Shown piece after piece: positions 30,542 through 44,944 of a stretch of 64,000 nucleotides of DNA. The notes below the pieces were generated by a model. It was not told the DNA's origin and made no database searches. It saw only the letters and a list, made by a program, of their open reading frames with translations. How positions within the stretch are numbered: position 1 is the stretch's first letter; every line of letters begins with the position of its first letter. The stretch lies in assembly GCF_009914755.1 (NCBI RefSeq), contig NC_060932.1. One strand, given 5' to 3'. This DNA comes from the human T2T-CHM13v2.0 reference genome, Homo sapiens. The position numbers and the translations under genes were made by a program.

Positions 30542-32503
30542 AAGCATTTTCCATTTTATTTGATCATTGAATCCTTTTATTGTACAGAATATCTCAAAAA
30601 GATCTCTGATCTGTTAAATATCCTTTAGGAGGTCCTGGTTTATTTTAAAGAGAGTTCTCAGAATATTGAAGTGATGGCATATGGCTTGTAGAGAAACCAG
30701 TTATTCAGAGTTCTGGCCATATTCAGTGCAGCTACCATCGGCCAAACAAAGTTGTAGTTTCTCATTCCTTTTTCCACAAAACTTCTACTCTTTCCAGTCA
30801 TTTTGCTTCTTCATAATCTTTTTATTAATAACCACTTTCTTTCTATTAAATTCATCCATATTCTACTTAAACTTCCAGCAACTGCTCAAGCTCCTCTGAT
30901 TCTGGGAAACTTGCTGCCAAGTGATGTCTTATGTCTCTAAGCTTTTATATAATTTGTTGTCTTACAATTATTTGGCAAAATTACAACCTACCTTAAATTG
31001 TTGACTGTGTGTGTACAAATGAAGTAGATGTGTGTCTCTATGGGTTACACATATCTGTGTTTGTGTGTGTGCATGTGGATGGGCTATGTACATAAACCTA
31101 GGGCATATAATTAAACCAGCAAGTTCTGTCATAGATCATAGAGGAGTAGGAGTCATCACAGTAAAGGGCCTGAGACTCAAACACAAGCCACAAATTGTGT
31201 TACCTGTGCAATAGCTGTATCATAAGCTGTTGTTCCTGGTGAGACTGTGTTGTCTTGGTAACCATAACCATGTTCTGTGGTAGATTTGTCTTGGCATACA
31301 AAAACAGTCTTTTTTGCTCATTAGTTATTTCTGCTTGTCTTTTCAGAAAATGTGAATATTGATTCCCTAAACAGTGGTTTCCCTGAATTATGTTTTACAT
31401 TGATGGTTTCAAAGTAAGGATAAAACCAAAGTTATGCAAATAAATATTTATATCTGATCCTTAAAGAGTATATAAATTAGGATTAAGGATGGGCTGAAGG
31501 AAAAAAAAACACACAAAAAAAACTGACTCCAAAATATTTGGCAGTTAAAATACATTAGAGCTTAAATTGCTGTTATTTGAATTAAGTCCAGAAGCAAGCA
31601 GTCCTGGCCAGATATAAATATTATCTACTCAGAAGGGTCCCTTCTCCTTTCACTCCAAGATTGCTTACATGAGTTCTATTTTCGTTGTGCAAATTAGCTT
31701 TCGGACAGCAACATTGTGGAAATGATCAAAATGGAGAAGGGGCAAAGGTTATACATACTTTGTCTTTTAAAGTGTGTTCTTGAGAGCTGTTACCATTGTT
31801 TCCACTTTAGTCTTTTTGGTGAAAACTTAATTGCAGAGCTTCATGGTTCTCTGCTAAAAGAGATTAGGAGAGCAGATATTGGGATCAGCAGTTATTACTC
31901 TCTGACATAAAGCACTGCAAAATGGCAGCTTAATAGTCACATATAGGAAAAATAATTAAACATAATTAAAATGTATTAGCTATGAGAAACACGTCTGACC
32001 AAGTAAATGCATGCAAATCTTATTGCCATAATATGATGATTTTGTAATAGCTATCTTAAAATATGTGAAAATGTTCAATATTTAAATATTCAAAATAATG
32101 TGTAGTTGAAAGACTAGTAAACCAAAAGCATGTGACCTGGGTGATTAATACAGGACAAAATATCTAATTCTGACACTACAAGCAATTTGGATCAGTGGAT
32201 GATTATCTCGTTTGAATACCATATTGTGATTTCTGAGACAGTTCTGATTCTGTGCAATTCCAAGTCAAATATAAATTTATTAATTATTCTGATAAATCCA
32301 TGATGTCAACATTTAGATTAGAGCTAAAGTATCCAAAGATTTCAGCTACTAATGAATTTAAAAAATGTATTCTGGGAAATGTGGGTGCAATGAAAATATC
32401 CTTTCATTCTGTCCTACCATGTAACTGTAATCTCCTAAATCAGAACTTAGGGCTTCTTGGTCTTTCTTAAAAGAAATCTCCCAGCATCAGGATATTATGA
32501 ATA

Positions 32504-32817
32504 CAGTCAGCCCTCCTATCTGTGGGTTCTGCAACTGTGGATTCAACTAACCAAGAATAGAAAATATTTGCATAAAAGAAATTTTGTCAGTTCTGAACTT
32601 TTTCCCATGCCATTATTCCCTCAACAATACAGTTCAACAATGATTTATATACCATTTACATTGTATTAGGCATTACAAGTAATCTAGTGATTATTTAAAG
32701 TATATGAAAATAGGTACAAATAGTACACCATTTTATATTAGGGACTTGAACATCTTAGATTTTGGTATCTACAGGAAATCCTGGAACCAATCCCCCACAG
32801 ATACCAAGAGAGAGCTG
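32504..32817. mobile_element. MER2 TcMar-Tigger MITE
   Basis: TA TSDs; ends cagtcagccctcctatctgtggg / cccacagataccaagagagagctg. Confidence 0.9.
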
Positions 32818-33904
32818 TATAACACTAAAATGCTTTTTCTCTTATTATCTTTCATATCAAATGACATTCAAGTCAAGACCAGGAAACTTTTTTATCCTAT
32901 TATGAGAAGAATTACTTACCTTGAGCTGTTGGAGGTATATTGTACATATTTTTCTTGTTTTCATGTGTATTTTTAAAAATAGCTCTCCCTTTTTTTAAAC
33001 ATCTGTATGACATTGAATTTATGCTTTAAAGGAATTAAAATTACTTGAGTTTTGGAAATCAGAGGAGTTAGAATATGTTTTGAATAACTGAGGACAACTC
33101 TAGATAGTCATTTCTAACTTGAATTATTGTTCTGAGGATTGAAAACTGGTAGTTGATATAAATTCAGCATGTGAGGAAAGGAGAGGAGAAATGCACAAGA
33201 AAATGTAAAATCAATTTCAGCAGTGAGAAAAACATTGTGTATATAAAAGAGGTTGAGAAATTTTTTCTTGTCATAAATTATAGAAATCCACAAATCATAA
33301 ATTAGGAAAGTATAAATTTTTAAACATCTCTGTCTATAGCTTACAGTAAAATATAATCCCAGACCTTGAGGTTGTTAGCTGCCAATTTAGAAAGTATTGT
33401 GTCTTATTCTTATGTGTATGGGATAGGACGAATATAGCTGTGTAAAATGGGACATCTTCCCATGAAGCAGATATGAAATTTTTCCTGATAAAAGGTCTGT
33501 GATTTTCTAAAATTGAACATTACTATTCTTCACTGTTGAGAACTGACCTAAGCCCTTTTGACCATTCAGCAAATGTCAGGGATCTGTTGATAAATATTCA
33601 TAGTCTCTGGGGTTGAGAGGGAGGTGGGGACTATACTTCCTTTCTTTCAGATCCTTAGTACCAGGTGGTAGGTATCAAAAAAGCAAATACTGCCTAACAT
33701 ACAAATATTTAATAGCAAGTATTCATGAAATGGTCATATAACCTATCTGGTAGCTTGGACAGGTACCTCTCTCTACCTTAGACATTCTCCCTAGCACTTC
33801 TCATGAAGACTCCAAGGGGGACTTGTGGATTATTTAAGGAAAAAACTTACCAACCTTATAATGAGGGCAAATTTAACTTCCCTGTGAATTAGGATGTAGA
33901 AATG

Positions 33905-34403
33905 TACCAGTGTACAATGACTACAGTATTACTTCATAATAGACACAAATTCTCAATGACATTTAAGAAAACTTAAAATATATATATTTAGTTCATGTTT
34001 CTTAATGTTGGCAGGTTAGGGTGGAGTGTCTGGCTGATCTATGTTAAGCTTGGCTGGGTGACTCTGCTTTAAGTTGTAGCTCCAGCTGGGCTTGGCTCCT
34101 AGCTGAGATGGGTTTTCCTCTGGGTCTCAGGCAATTGTAGAAGCAGCCCCCTGGGGAAGCTCATCTTATGGGAATAGTAGAGGTAAAAGAAGGCACACTC
34201 AATTGAACAGGTGCTTGGCAAGCTTTTGGTTATATCACTTACACTAATATTCCTTAGATAAAGCAAGTCATGTGGCCAAAACAGTAATGAAGAAGCAGAG
34301 TAATATACTTCACCTCTTAAGTCAGAAACATAAAAGTCAAATGGCAAAGAATGTGCATATTGGGAAAGGTAAAAATCTAAGCCCATTAAAATAACCCACC
34401 ACA
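33905..34403 (-). mobile_element. MLT1H/I-like MaLR LTR
   Basis: gcttggctgggtgactctgc...agcaagtcatgtggccaaa...acccaccaca. Confidence 0.6.
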
Positions 34404-36039
34404 AGGATCAACAAGGTTATATAACTCAAAAGCTGTCGGCCCTACTTTCCAAATTCTTGTAACTAATCTTAGAAAAGTAACAGGTATGCAAATTTTTCAA
34501 ATCACTCTTCTTGAACATCACTATTTTACCAGTGATAGTATTTCCTCTAAAATCCCCTTGCTAATGAGCAAACTGTCTGATGCAGATTTCCATAATGATA
34601 TCTGCAATTAACCAAACAGTATTTTGGGAATATTGATTCCTGGTTAAGGTAATCGAACAGCTGTCAGAATAATTATATTGATGTGGACACATACACCTCA
34701 TATCACTTAGACTGAAATAAGTAAGTTACCACACAGGCAATTCAAGAACCATAGGACTTTCAATGAAACATTACCTACTGACTTTTGTAGGGCAGTCTCA
34801 AATCTGTTATAGCAATACAGTCAATCAAATTTTATTTTATATATGCTGGGTTAAAGAGAATTTCAGGTTTGTCAAATAACTTGAATTTAGTAGAATCCTA
34901 GCCACAGCAAACTAGTTCTTGAAATTCTTCCTCATAGTTCACTTTCTGTTACATCCCTTGGTCTCGGGTACCCAGTGTCACCCATTCCTGAAATGTGACC
35001 ACCCTGATTTATTATGAATTAATTAACAACTAGCCTGGAAACCACTAGAAAGTTTTAAAATCATTGGTAATGTCAGAGCTACATAAAATTTATTTTAATA
35101 AGGAGTTTACCCTGGAGGAAAACAGAATTATGGTTCTGGCTAGATAGCCTGAGATAGAAATGGTGAGAAGAGCAATACCTCAGAAATGAGTGGCAATTCT
35201 TGACTGAAATCATCAGAAAGGAGAAATCTAAGCTAAAAAAAAAAAGAATCAGAAGGAAACTGCTCTCTTGATGTTTCCTAACGCTGCTATGTGAGGCCAA
35301 GCAGGAGGGCCATGCAACGAAAGTTAATTGCCTATGAGGCTTGCAACAAAAGAATAAACCAGAGGGAAATCACTGGATTGAAATCTAAATATAAATGTTC
35401 TGACAGGAAATTACAGAATGATAATAAAGTCAAATGCAGGGCAAAAAAATGTGAAATACTATTAAAATGAAAGCAGACACTTGAAATGTTTCTAAATGTA
35501 AGAAAATTATGTCTTTAAGCTATAAATATATTTGTGTACTAATAAAATTTCCAGCAGTTAAAATGAAGCTACTGTTATTTGAGCAATAAGGATTGTAGGT
35601 AAAGATGCTGTTAGAATTCATGGGGCAAAAGTAGAAATCACAAAGCATCAGAATTTCTGTGAAGTGAGAAATCTGGAAAATATTACTTGAACCATTAGAA
35701 AAGTAAAACTACATGCAATAATTCTGAGTAGTGGGAAAATAATCACAAAGTATTTCTAAAGAAAAGTATGCTGGAATTTTTCATATAATTTCTAGGATGA
35801 GGTCCTTGAAGTTCATGGATATTAGAAAATCTCTAAATATTATAAATTAAATATTTGGTCTACTTATTGCTGAATATTTCTTACTTTGTCTTTGAAAATT
35901 ATTTTTACTCTTTCTATAAAAAGAAAAACTTTATTTTTTGTAAGCTAACAATTTTTCTACCTGTAAAAATAGATTTTGAGATGTAAAAAGGTGCTATTTT
36001 TCCAACATTTCAAAGGTCAACATGTTTAACAAAATGTAA

Positions 36040-36135
36040 AAAGGATGTGTACATATGGGGGCAAGAGGTACATGAGAAGTCTCTGTATCTTTCATTTAAT
36101 TTTTCTGTGAATCTAAAACTGCTCCCCAAAATAAT
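36040..36135 (+). mobile_element. L1MB/MC 3' tail
   Basis: ggggcaagaggtacatgagaagtctctgtatct...ttctgtgaatctaaaactgctc. Confidence 0.75.
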
Positions 36136-36457
36136 GCATATATAAAGATATATATATAATGCATATATAATATATATACAGTGTGTGTGTGTGTGCATGT
36201 GTGTATGTACAGCTGCTAAGCTAGATGAACTCCAGGTTCCTAATTGTAAAATATGTATTTTACAATTATGTAATATACTATACATATTAAAATAATATAT
36301 TATTGTAATATGTGTATTTTAAGATTAGTAACTTGGAGGTCATCTAGCTTAACCCCCTCTCATACATAAGCACTTTGTACAAGGTCAGAATTTCTAGTTA
36401 GATATTAGATTTTTGGACACTCTGACAACTGACCCTGAGCTCCAATAATCTCAATGA

Positions 36458-36967
36458 TGCCAAGACCAGCTCGGTCGTGGAGACCTTAACCCAGCGGCGC
36501 TAGAGGAATTCAAGACACACACACAGAAATACAGAGTGTGGAGTGGGAAATCAGAGGTCTCACAGCCTTCAGAGCTGAGAGCCTTGAACAGAGATTTATC
36601 CACATATTTATTGACAGCAAGCCAGTGATAAGCATTGTCTCTATAGACTATGGATTAACTAAAAGTATTCCTTATGGGAAATAAAGGGAAGGGTGGAAAT
36701 AAAGGGACAGGCTCTGGCTAGTTATCTGCAGCATGAATGTGTCCTTAAGGCACAGATTGCTCATGCTATTGTTTGTGGTTTAAGAATGCCGTAAGCGGTT
36801 TTCCACCCAGGGCGGGCCAGGTGTTTCTTGCCCTCATTCCAGTAAACTGACAACCTTCCAGCATGGGCATCAAGGCAATGACGAGCATGTCACAGTGCTA
36901 CAGAGATTTTGTTTATGGCCAGTTATGGGGCCAGTTTATAGCCAGATTTGGAGGCCTGTTCCCAACA
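36458..36967 (-). mobile_element. MER9 solo LTR (ERVK, HERV-K9/HML-3)
   Basis: Reverse starts tgttgggaacaggcctccaaatctggctataaactggcccc, ends gagctggtcttggca; 510 bp; 6-bp TSD caatga/caataa. Confidence 0.9.
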
Positions 36968-37206
36968 CAATAATATTTCAATCAGATAAAAAATGATTCA
37001 TATAGATAATAAATGAAAAAATAGTCTTTACTGATTGCAAATTGATAAATATTTTTATGACTACATACTGGAACAAAAATAAAATTTAAACTATCATTTT
37101 AAACTAAGGAGCAATAAAAAGGTAGCACTTTATACTAAAACATTAGTATAGCTACATTATTCCAATGAAAATGAATAATTTAAATACCAAGAATAAAAAA
37201 CTAAGG

Positions 37207-37365
37207 GGCTGGCCATTGCAGCTTGTGCCTGTAATCCCAGCTACTAGAAAGGCTGAGGCAGGAAAATTCCTTGAGCCCAAAAAGTTGAGGGCTGCAGTGA
37301 GCTATGAACATACCACTGAACTCTAGCCTGTGTGACAGAGCAAGAGCCTGTCTCTAAAAAAATAA
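37207..37365 (+). mobile_element. Alu monomer (FRAM/FAM-like)
   Basis: Right-arm-type sequence only; flanking aaaactaagg/agaactaagg repeats. Confidence 0.85.
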
Positions 37366-37399
37366 AAAGAACTAAGGTACTTATTTTTAAGGATTTAGG

Positions 37400-39500
37400 G
37401 ATATGACAATAAAGTGAATCAAAATAATAAAAAGAGAAAATTCACATGAAAATGTATTAAATTTGAAAAATAAAAGAATAGGTAAATAAATTCTAAAGTT
37501 GGGTTTTAGGAAACAAAAATGCCAAAATTTTTATAGTAATCTGATTTAAAAAAAAGAAGAAGAAAGAAATATATAAAAGTTTAGGAATTAGTTTGGAAAT
37601 AAAATTACATATAGAAGACATTACAGTAAGTTATAAAGCTTATGAAACAATGAAATATTTAAACATCTAGAGAAAACAAGTTTAAAGTAATTTTTCAAAA
37701 TTGGCCCAAGAAGATTTTAAATCTTGAATACCTTTCTTAGCAATGAAGAGATAAAATTGAAGATTTTAAAAATTGATGCTTTAGTCTGGGCATGGTGGCT
37801 CACACCTGTAATCCTGGCACTTTGAGAGGCAGAGGGCAGGCAGATGGCTTGAACCCAGTAGTCCCAGACCAGCCTGGATAACATGGGGAAACCCGTGTCT
37901 ACAAAAAGAAAAATTTGCTGAGTGTACTGGCCTGCAATCGTAGTCCCAGCTACTTGGGAGGCTGAGGTGGGAGGATCCCCTGAGCCCAGGAAGTTGGCGC
38001 TGAATTGAGCCATTATTGTGACACTGTACTACAGCTTGGCCAACAGACTAAAACACTGTCAAAAAAAAAAAAAAAAAACCCAAAAAACAAAAAAGAACAA
38101 ACAAAAAAACAAATGTTTATACCTGAGTATTAAATAACTTTTAAAAGCAGGAAATGTTAATACTCTTCACAGTTTTAGATCTACAAACACACGAAAATTT
38201 CCACAATTCATATAATGCAGCTAGCGTAAGCTTAACATCAAAATATGTTTGAGATAACTAGAAAATATAGAGTAACTTCCCATATGAATGCAGATGCAAA
38301 TATTCTAAGTAATATATTAACAAATATAGACTAATGATGTGATGAAATTTGATTATATTATAACCAAATATAATTCACTTCAGGAAACCAAGCGCAATTC
38401 AATATAAGGAGATCCATTCATTCAATCTTTCTAGCTTTACTTAACATCTAACATTATTTTAAAGATTTTATCTAATATATTGACATTAGCATTCTTTCAT
38501 TCTTCGAGTATTATGTAATTGTGGTTTTCAAAAAGGCAAGATTGAAGTGACAATCTATCAGAATCATTAAGAGAATTTAACATGACAGCTGAATGCAAGC
38601 CAAATATGCAAACAATAAATTGTTTTATTCTAGCGATGACTTGCTGGAAGAGAAAAGTTATTTAAAAAGATGCTTAGTAAAATAATAATGAACATTAAAA
38701 ATATCTGGTAATACAGGTAACAGATATTTAAGATTTATGTGAGAAGATGACATTATTTTATTGAAGTACATAGTCAAGAAATATACAAAAAAATCAATAT
38801 ATGTTTAGTGGAAATCTAATTTGAATCTTATGATGCTTTTTACAAAAATCAGATAAAATAACTTTAAAATTCATGGGGAAGAAAAAAACATCTAGCAATA
38901 CCCAAGCTAAAATATTATACAAAATAAGATTATTGGGGAAAGGGAGAGTAGTTTTAATAGATACTAAATTTTACCTCAAAAAGGCAAAATCAAAAGAGTA
39001 TGGTTTTGGAATTGGATGAAGAAGTATACCAGTGGAATGGATATTAGGGTCACCAGGATGCTACTTTTTGGATAGTCAATTTGAATCAGTGGAAGTTGTC
39101 TATCAAAAGCCTTAACTATATTCACATAGTTTCATACCTCTCAAAGAAAAAAATACAAATTTTGAAACATACAAACAAATAAATTTTAGACTAAGTAGAA
39201 ATTATTGAAAAGCTGAGAGACTTTAATTTCTTAAAATAGATATTGTATAATCAAACAATAAGCATTATAAAATATTAAAATATTAAATATTATTCAACAA
39301 TATAGGATAACATAACTATTGCTCAGAAAATGCTTAGATAAAAGAAGTTAACAAATAATATACAGATAATTAACATAATCCAAACTATATGGAAAACAAT
39401 AAAGCTTCTTCATAGACAAGACTAGAAGAAAATATTTTTAAAAGTTAATGTTAGCTTTCTTTGGAAATAGAATATCTATGAGTGCTTATATTACTTTTCT
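37400..39500 (+). mobile_element. Ancient L1M ORF2 fragments
   Basis: atgaatgcagatgcaaatattctaagt; aaaattcatggggaagaaaaa; A-rich strand. Confidence 0.5.
37782..38112 (+). mobile_element. AluJ SINE
   Basis: gtctgggcatggtggctcacacctgtaatcc...gaggatcccctgagcccagg plus long A-rich tail. Confidence 0.93.
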
Positions 39501-40039
39501 TCTATATTTATTTGGAAAAAGTGTACTAGTTTCATCGTTATTAAATTGCTTCTCACACTTGCCTTTTAATATTACTATACACAGCATTATGGCAGGCTAT
39601 TCTCTTGGACTGTAATTAAACTTACAAATATAATTTTAAATTGTAAGCATCATTGATGAAGTGTTCAGGCATTTTATATGCCTAATATTATTGTATGAAT
39701 ATGATATTAAACCTTACCTTGCATGGAAAGTGACTGACAGTTTCCCTATGTCCTCATCATTCCTGTTCTCTCCTCCTCCTTCTATTCCCTTGACCTCCCT
39801 ACCTTTTTAATTTTAGGGGAACCTTAGGTGTTGAAGGTTGAGTGATTATATTCTTATACTAATCTTTAATTATATTTTGTTTGTTTCAATTATCCAGACA
39901 TTTTTCTCCTTAAATAATCTCATGAATAATCATTGTTCTATGTACCCATGTTTATACCAACAGCACACTAAAATACTAACTTTACAGTATGTTGACACTG
40001 GTTATGTAAATAACACAGTCTTGTTCTTCTTTTCCAGAT

Positions 40040-41580
40040 TGATTTGTCTACCTTGTTTTTATATTTGCATATAAACTTTAGAAGTAATTTGTAATTTTAA
40101 CAAATGTGTCACTGAGATTTTGATACTAATTTCATTGATACTATAGATCAATTTGGGAGAATTGCCATCTTCATAATATTGTTTTCAAATCCACCGACAT
40201 GGAAAATTTCTCCATCTAATTAGGTCTTGCCAATTTATCTCAGCAACGTATAGCTTTTAGCATATAAATCTTGTACTTTTGTTAAATTTATTTATAATTT
40301 AATTTTTCTTTGAAATGCTATTTTGAGTGAAATTATTTTCTTTATCTCACATTTGGAATGGTTCTGGATGGTATACAGAAATATTAAATAACTGATTTAA
40401 AAAAAATATTTATTTTAATTCCTGAGACCTTCAAAAACTTCATTTGTTCTAATACTTTTATCGTGGATTCCTTATGACATTTAAATATTCAATCATGTAA
40501 TTTTCGAAAAAATAGACTTTAAATTTTTCTTTCCAATTAGGATGCCTTTGACTTCTTTTTTTATTTGTGTGTTTCATTACCCCTGTCAAACTCTATCAAA
40601 ATGCTGAATAGAAGAGAAATGGTGAGAGTACATCCTTGCCTTTTTCTGATGTTAGGAGGAAATAAGTCGTTTTATCTCTTTTAAGCGTGATGTTAGATAC
40701 AGGTTTTACTTGGGAGATTTTTTTTTTTATATCCAGTTGAGAAAATCCCTTATGTTACCAGTTTGTTGAGATTTTTAATCATGGATTAATGCTGAATGTT
40801 CTTGATGGCTTTTTTTCTGTCTTTTGAGGTGATCAGTTGTTTTTTATCCTTTAATCTAGAAATATAAAATATAATATTAATTGAGTTTTAGATGGTAAAT
40901 CAACCTTTAATTTCTGGTAAAAAAATCTACAAGATCATCATGTATAACTGTTTTGATGTGTTGCTAAGCTTGATTTGCCAATAATTTGTAAGGACTTTGG
41001 CATCTATGTTCATTAAATATGTTGATCCTTGTTTTATTTTCCTTCAGTGCCTTTTTGTTTGAGACCAGTGCTTCATAGAATGAGTTGGGAAAGATTCTCT
41101 CCTGAAGTTCTAAAAGTGTTTTTGAAATTTTACATTACTTCTTTTTGAAAAACTTGACAGAATTCACCAATAAGGCCCTAGAATTTTCTTTGTAGAAAGG
41201 TTTTAGATGACTAATGAAACATATTTACCATTCAGTTTTTAAAATTTTATTCATAATTTAGTTCTGGTAATTTTGTCATTTTAGAAAATTTTTATGTCAT
41301 CTAAATTGTCTAATTTGATGACATTTTTGTTCAAAATATTCCCTTATATTAGTCTTAATATCTGAAGCATCATACATAGTAATGTTTTGTCTTTTATTGC
41401 TGATTTTGGTAATTTGTGTCTTCTCTTATTTGGTTAAACTGTCAATTTTGTTGATATTTAAAAAAGAATCAACTTTGGTTTCATTGACTTTTTCTGTTGA
41501 TTTTGTTTTCTATTTCATTTATCTCCCCTGTAGTCTTTAAGATTTCTTTCTTTCTGCTTGCTTTGGGTTTAGTTGTATTT
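40040..41580 (-). mobile_element. L1M ORF2 fragment
   Basis: tagatcaatttgggagaattgccatctt; catagaatgagttgggaaag; ttgacagaattcacca. Confidence 0.78.
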
Positions 41581-42899
41581 TTGGAAAGAGGCTATGTTGA
41601 TCTATTCACCCCATTATGCCAGAAATTAATATCTTTAAAAGTGGAGATGTATCATTCCAGACCTCATTAATCAGAATCTCTGGAAGTGCTTTCATTGAGT
41701 GTTTACTTTATAAAATCTCCTTAGATAAATCTGAAGTTCATGAAGATTGACATCCAATTATCATATTTTACAGGTATATGAGCATAATTGAGCCTGCATT
41801 CAGAAGTGATTATGTTCAGATTCCTGACGTGTGATAATAAAGCTTAATTGATAGCATGTTGGAAATCAATAAAAAAGTAATTTGTGTGATGTGTGTATGC
41901 ACACTCATGCACACATACATGTGATAAGTAATAAAATTGCTGTGTGTTATTATTGAACTATCTTATCAGTTGCTTATCACCTTTCTGAAGGCAAATTTAA
42001 ATATGAAGTTAAATTGTAATGTAAAGGTTGTTCAGCACGAGTAATTAATTAGGACAGAGAAGGCTAGGTAATTGATGAATGGCTAATTTGATTAGATTAT
42101 GGGAACCTACTATCTCCACCTAATGATTACACTCAACATAGTAAATTCAAATATCCGAGGCAATCAGTCACTCTTTAATGGACAGTACTAGAAACATATT
42201 GACAGTTCTTTCTCTTTGCTTGCACCTATTTTAGATTCACTTCAGATCTTTAATTAGCAAGAATCGCTTAAGTGCAGGATTAGTTTTAATTATATGATTC
42301 AGTTTGCATATTTACAAAGTCTTTGCACGACCACATATTTACTCATCTCAGTGTGGGCTATTTCTTTACAGACCTTCCTTATGAAGGTTGTGGCATACTA
42401 TCAAATGATATTAAGATTGGAATAAAGAATGTTTTCACTTATGTCTTAGCAGCATTCTAGGTAAAAGAGATGAATTACTTTTTCTAACATCGTCTGGATA
42501 AGGATTAAAATAATTTTGATGTTATAGTTTTCTATCTAACAGAAAACTTAAGTCACTATAAATTTGGGTGACAAATTGTGCATTATCTACCATTCATAGC
42601 ATGTATATCTTATTTAATTTAGTAACATATTAGTAGAATAAATGATAAAGAAAATTATTCTGTTTATGTAGTAGAATAAGAAAAATTTCAATCAATATTC
42701 AAAATGGATAAAAAAGAATACAGTAAAAGTTATGAGAAAATAATTTGTTTCCTTCACTAAATATTTAAGTGAGTCCTAATCGAACACCTGCTTTTGTTAC
42801 TGGTTTTCATAGTTTCATGTATAGCAAAAATCTACAAGTACAAATTCCTTGCCTTAAGGACATCACTTACATTTCCATATTTTTGTTTTGGCTATATAA

Positions 42900-42989
42900 A
42901 CTAGAGGTTATAATTTGGTAGCTCTGGGATGAAATGGGCACAGATATCTGGCTTTTTTTTTCTTTTGGCCTTCACAGGGTTTTTAAAAA

Positions 42990-43031
<42 letters not shown>

Positions 43032-43086
43032 AAACCAACATTTAAAAATGGAGAGATTTCACATTGTCTTGATACTCCACCCCCGC

Positions 43087-43119
<33 letters not shown>

Positions 43120-43365
43120 GTAACACTCTAATGTCACATTTGCTGCCACTGAAGTTGAGAAATTGCTTACTGGGTAACCATAATCCCTTTTCTCCCTACT
43201 AAAACTGAAGTTTGAATCAGTAACAATAAATGTTCATTTTATTTTTACAACGATAGAATAATATTTTATATGCCTATATCTCTGTAATACATGGAAAATT
43301 CAAAGCAGGAAGTGGAAGAGAAGGAGAGAAAGATAAATTCATGTAGGCATTTGACTTTAATCTTT
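42900..43365. mobile_element. MER45-like hAT-Tip100 relic containing (TG)n and poly(A)
   Basis: aaccaacatttaaaaatggagagatttcaca and tgtaggcatttga motifs. Confidence 0.5.
42992..43028. repeat. (TG)n microsatellite
   Basis: Uninterrupted TG run of about 18 units. Confidence 0.97.
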
Positions 43366-44944
43366 CCTCAGATCAGTTTCTTATCTGATCTATCAGCCGC
43401 CAAAAGTAGCAATTGAGTTGATTAGGTGGCAAATTGTCATGTAAGTAGTGCACACAACCACATGATTCTCCAGACCATTTTAACGCAACAGAATTCTTTA
43501 CACTTGTCTTGATTTCTTGTGTGTTTTATTAGAAGAAATTGGAGTCTGAATTTTTTTTGATAACTGGCTCCATCTTTCACTTCAATTTGCATTAGTTGGT
43601 GTAGAAACGTTCCCCAGCCACATACAATGTACACCTGCTTATTCTGCTGAGCCTCAAGGAAAAGAAACAGTCATTGCATTTATACCATAAAGGGCAATTA
43701 ATACTAATTTATATTTTAAACAAGACATTCTTAGGAACAGTGAAATTCAATGTGTTCTCGAAAAATAATCTTCACATTTATTGTAGTAAAAAGTCAACAG
43801 TAAGTAATCCTGTCTTCATATGGCCCTATATTTATTTAGACAGGATTTCCCATTAGCAAGGCAAGTTTGCCTCAACTAAATTACATAGAGATAATGCTTA
43901 AAAGACTCCAGAGAAAGCAATCCCAACTGAATAATTCCCAAGCCAGTTTTCACATAGTGACCCATAGTCAATAGCCTAGCAGTATTTTACTCAGCTTGAT
44001 TGTTGCTAAGCAACAAATAGGGGGATAGGGGTTAAGCTTCTAGAATCACTTACACATTAATTATAAGCCAGTAACATTAGAATAATGTAAGTTTTAGTAA
44101 TGAATAGTATTATATATGTTGTCACAGTATGCCTTTTTTCCTACACAAGAAGAAAAAGATCTGTGTGCTACTTGTCATGGGGAAATGACATTTCATTAAC
44201 ATTTGAAGGTACTAAGGGAGTAGGTTTTAAGAGAAACAATTAGGTGTTTTATTACTATCTTTCCCTTTCTCAGAGGTTTTCTTTCCTAATTGCTATTGAC
44301 TTTGCATTCTTTGAACTACTGAAGCTAACAATAGTGTAAGTAGGTGTTAAGTTTCCTAGTTAAGAAGTTGCTGAAGTGTTTTGATGATTGCATGGTTGCC
44401 AAAGACTTTTAGACGCAAGGGAGTTAAAGACCATTAAATGCAAAGAAATCAAAGACCAATTTTTGCTCCCTATACTTAGAGATCATTACCAGAATTTAAT
44501 TTTCCCAGGAGGAAAAAGCAATGTTCTGAAATCACAGAACATCTCTATCCACATCTCTGAAAGCAGTTACACTGCTATCTACAGTTACTCTCCTTTGTGA
44601 AGTTATGTTGCTGTATGATTTTTCTTTCTTTCTAAATGGAGCACGTGTTAGCTTAAGCAAATACTCCTTTCACTGTCGTTTGGTAACATGCCAATGTTTG
44701 ACCAGTAAAAGGGACTGTGGAATACCTGAAGTGCTGTTGGCAGTGAGCTGCTGAACGTCTTGTTTATTTAGACCCGAAAAGACTAGACTATTGATCACAT
44801 ACTGTGGGCCTCTCAATCAGCAAAACCTGTATATGAATGGCTTTAGCTGCGCTACAGACTATGAACTAAAACCATTTAAGAGACCTGCTACATTAAAAAT
44901 GCATTCAGTCTTCATGTGTATACAAATTCTTTGGAGAAGTTGTA

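Noticed and set aside
31430-43595. Scattered octamer sites ATGCAAAT/ATTTGCAT
   Set aside because: Not clustered and expected by chance in AT-rich DNA
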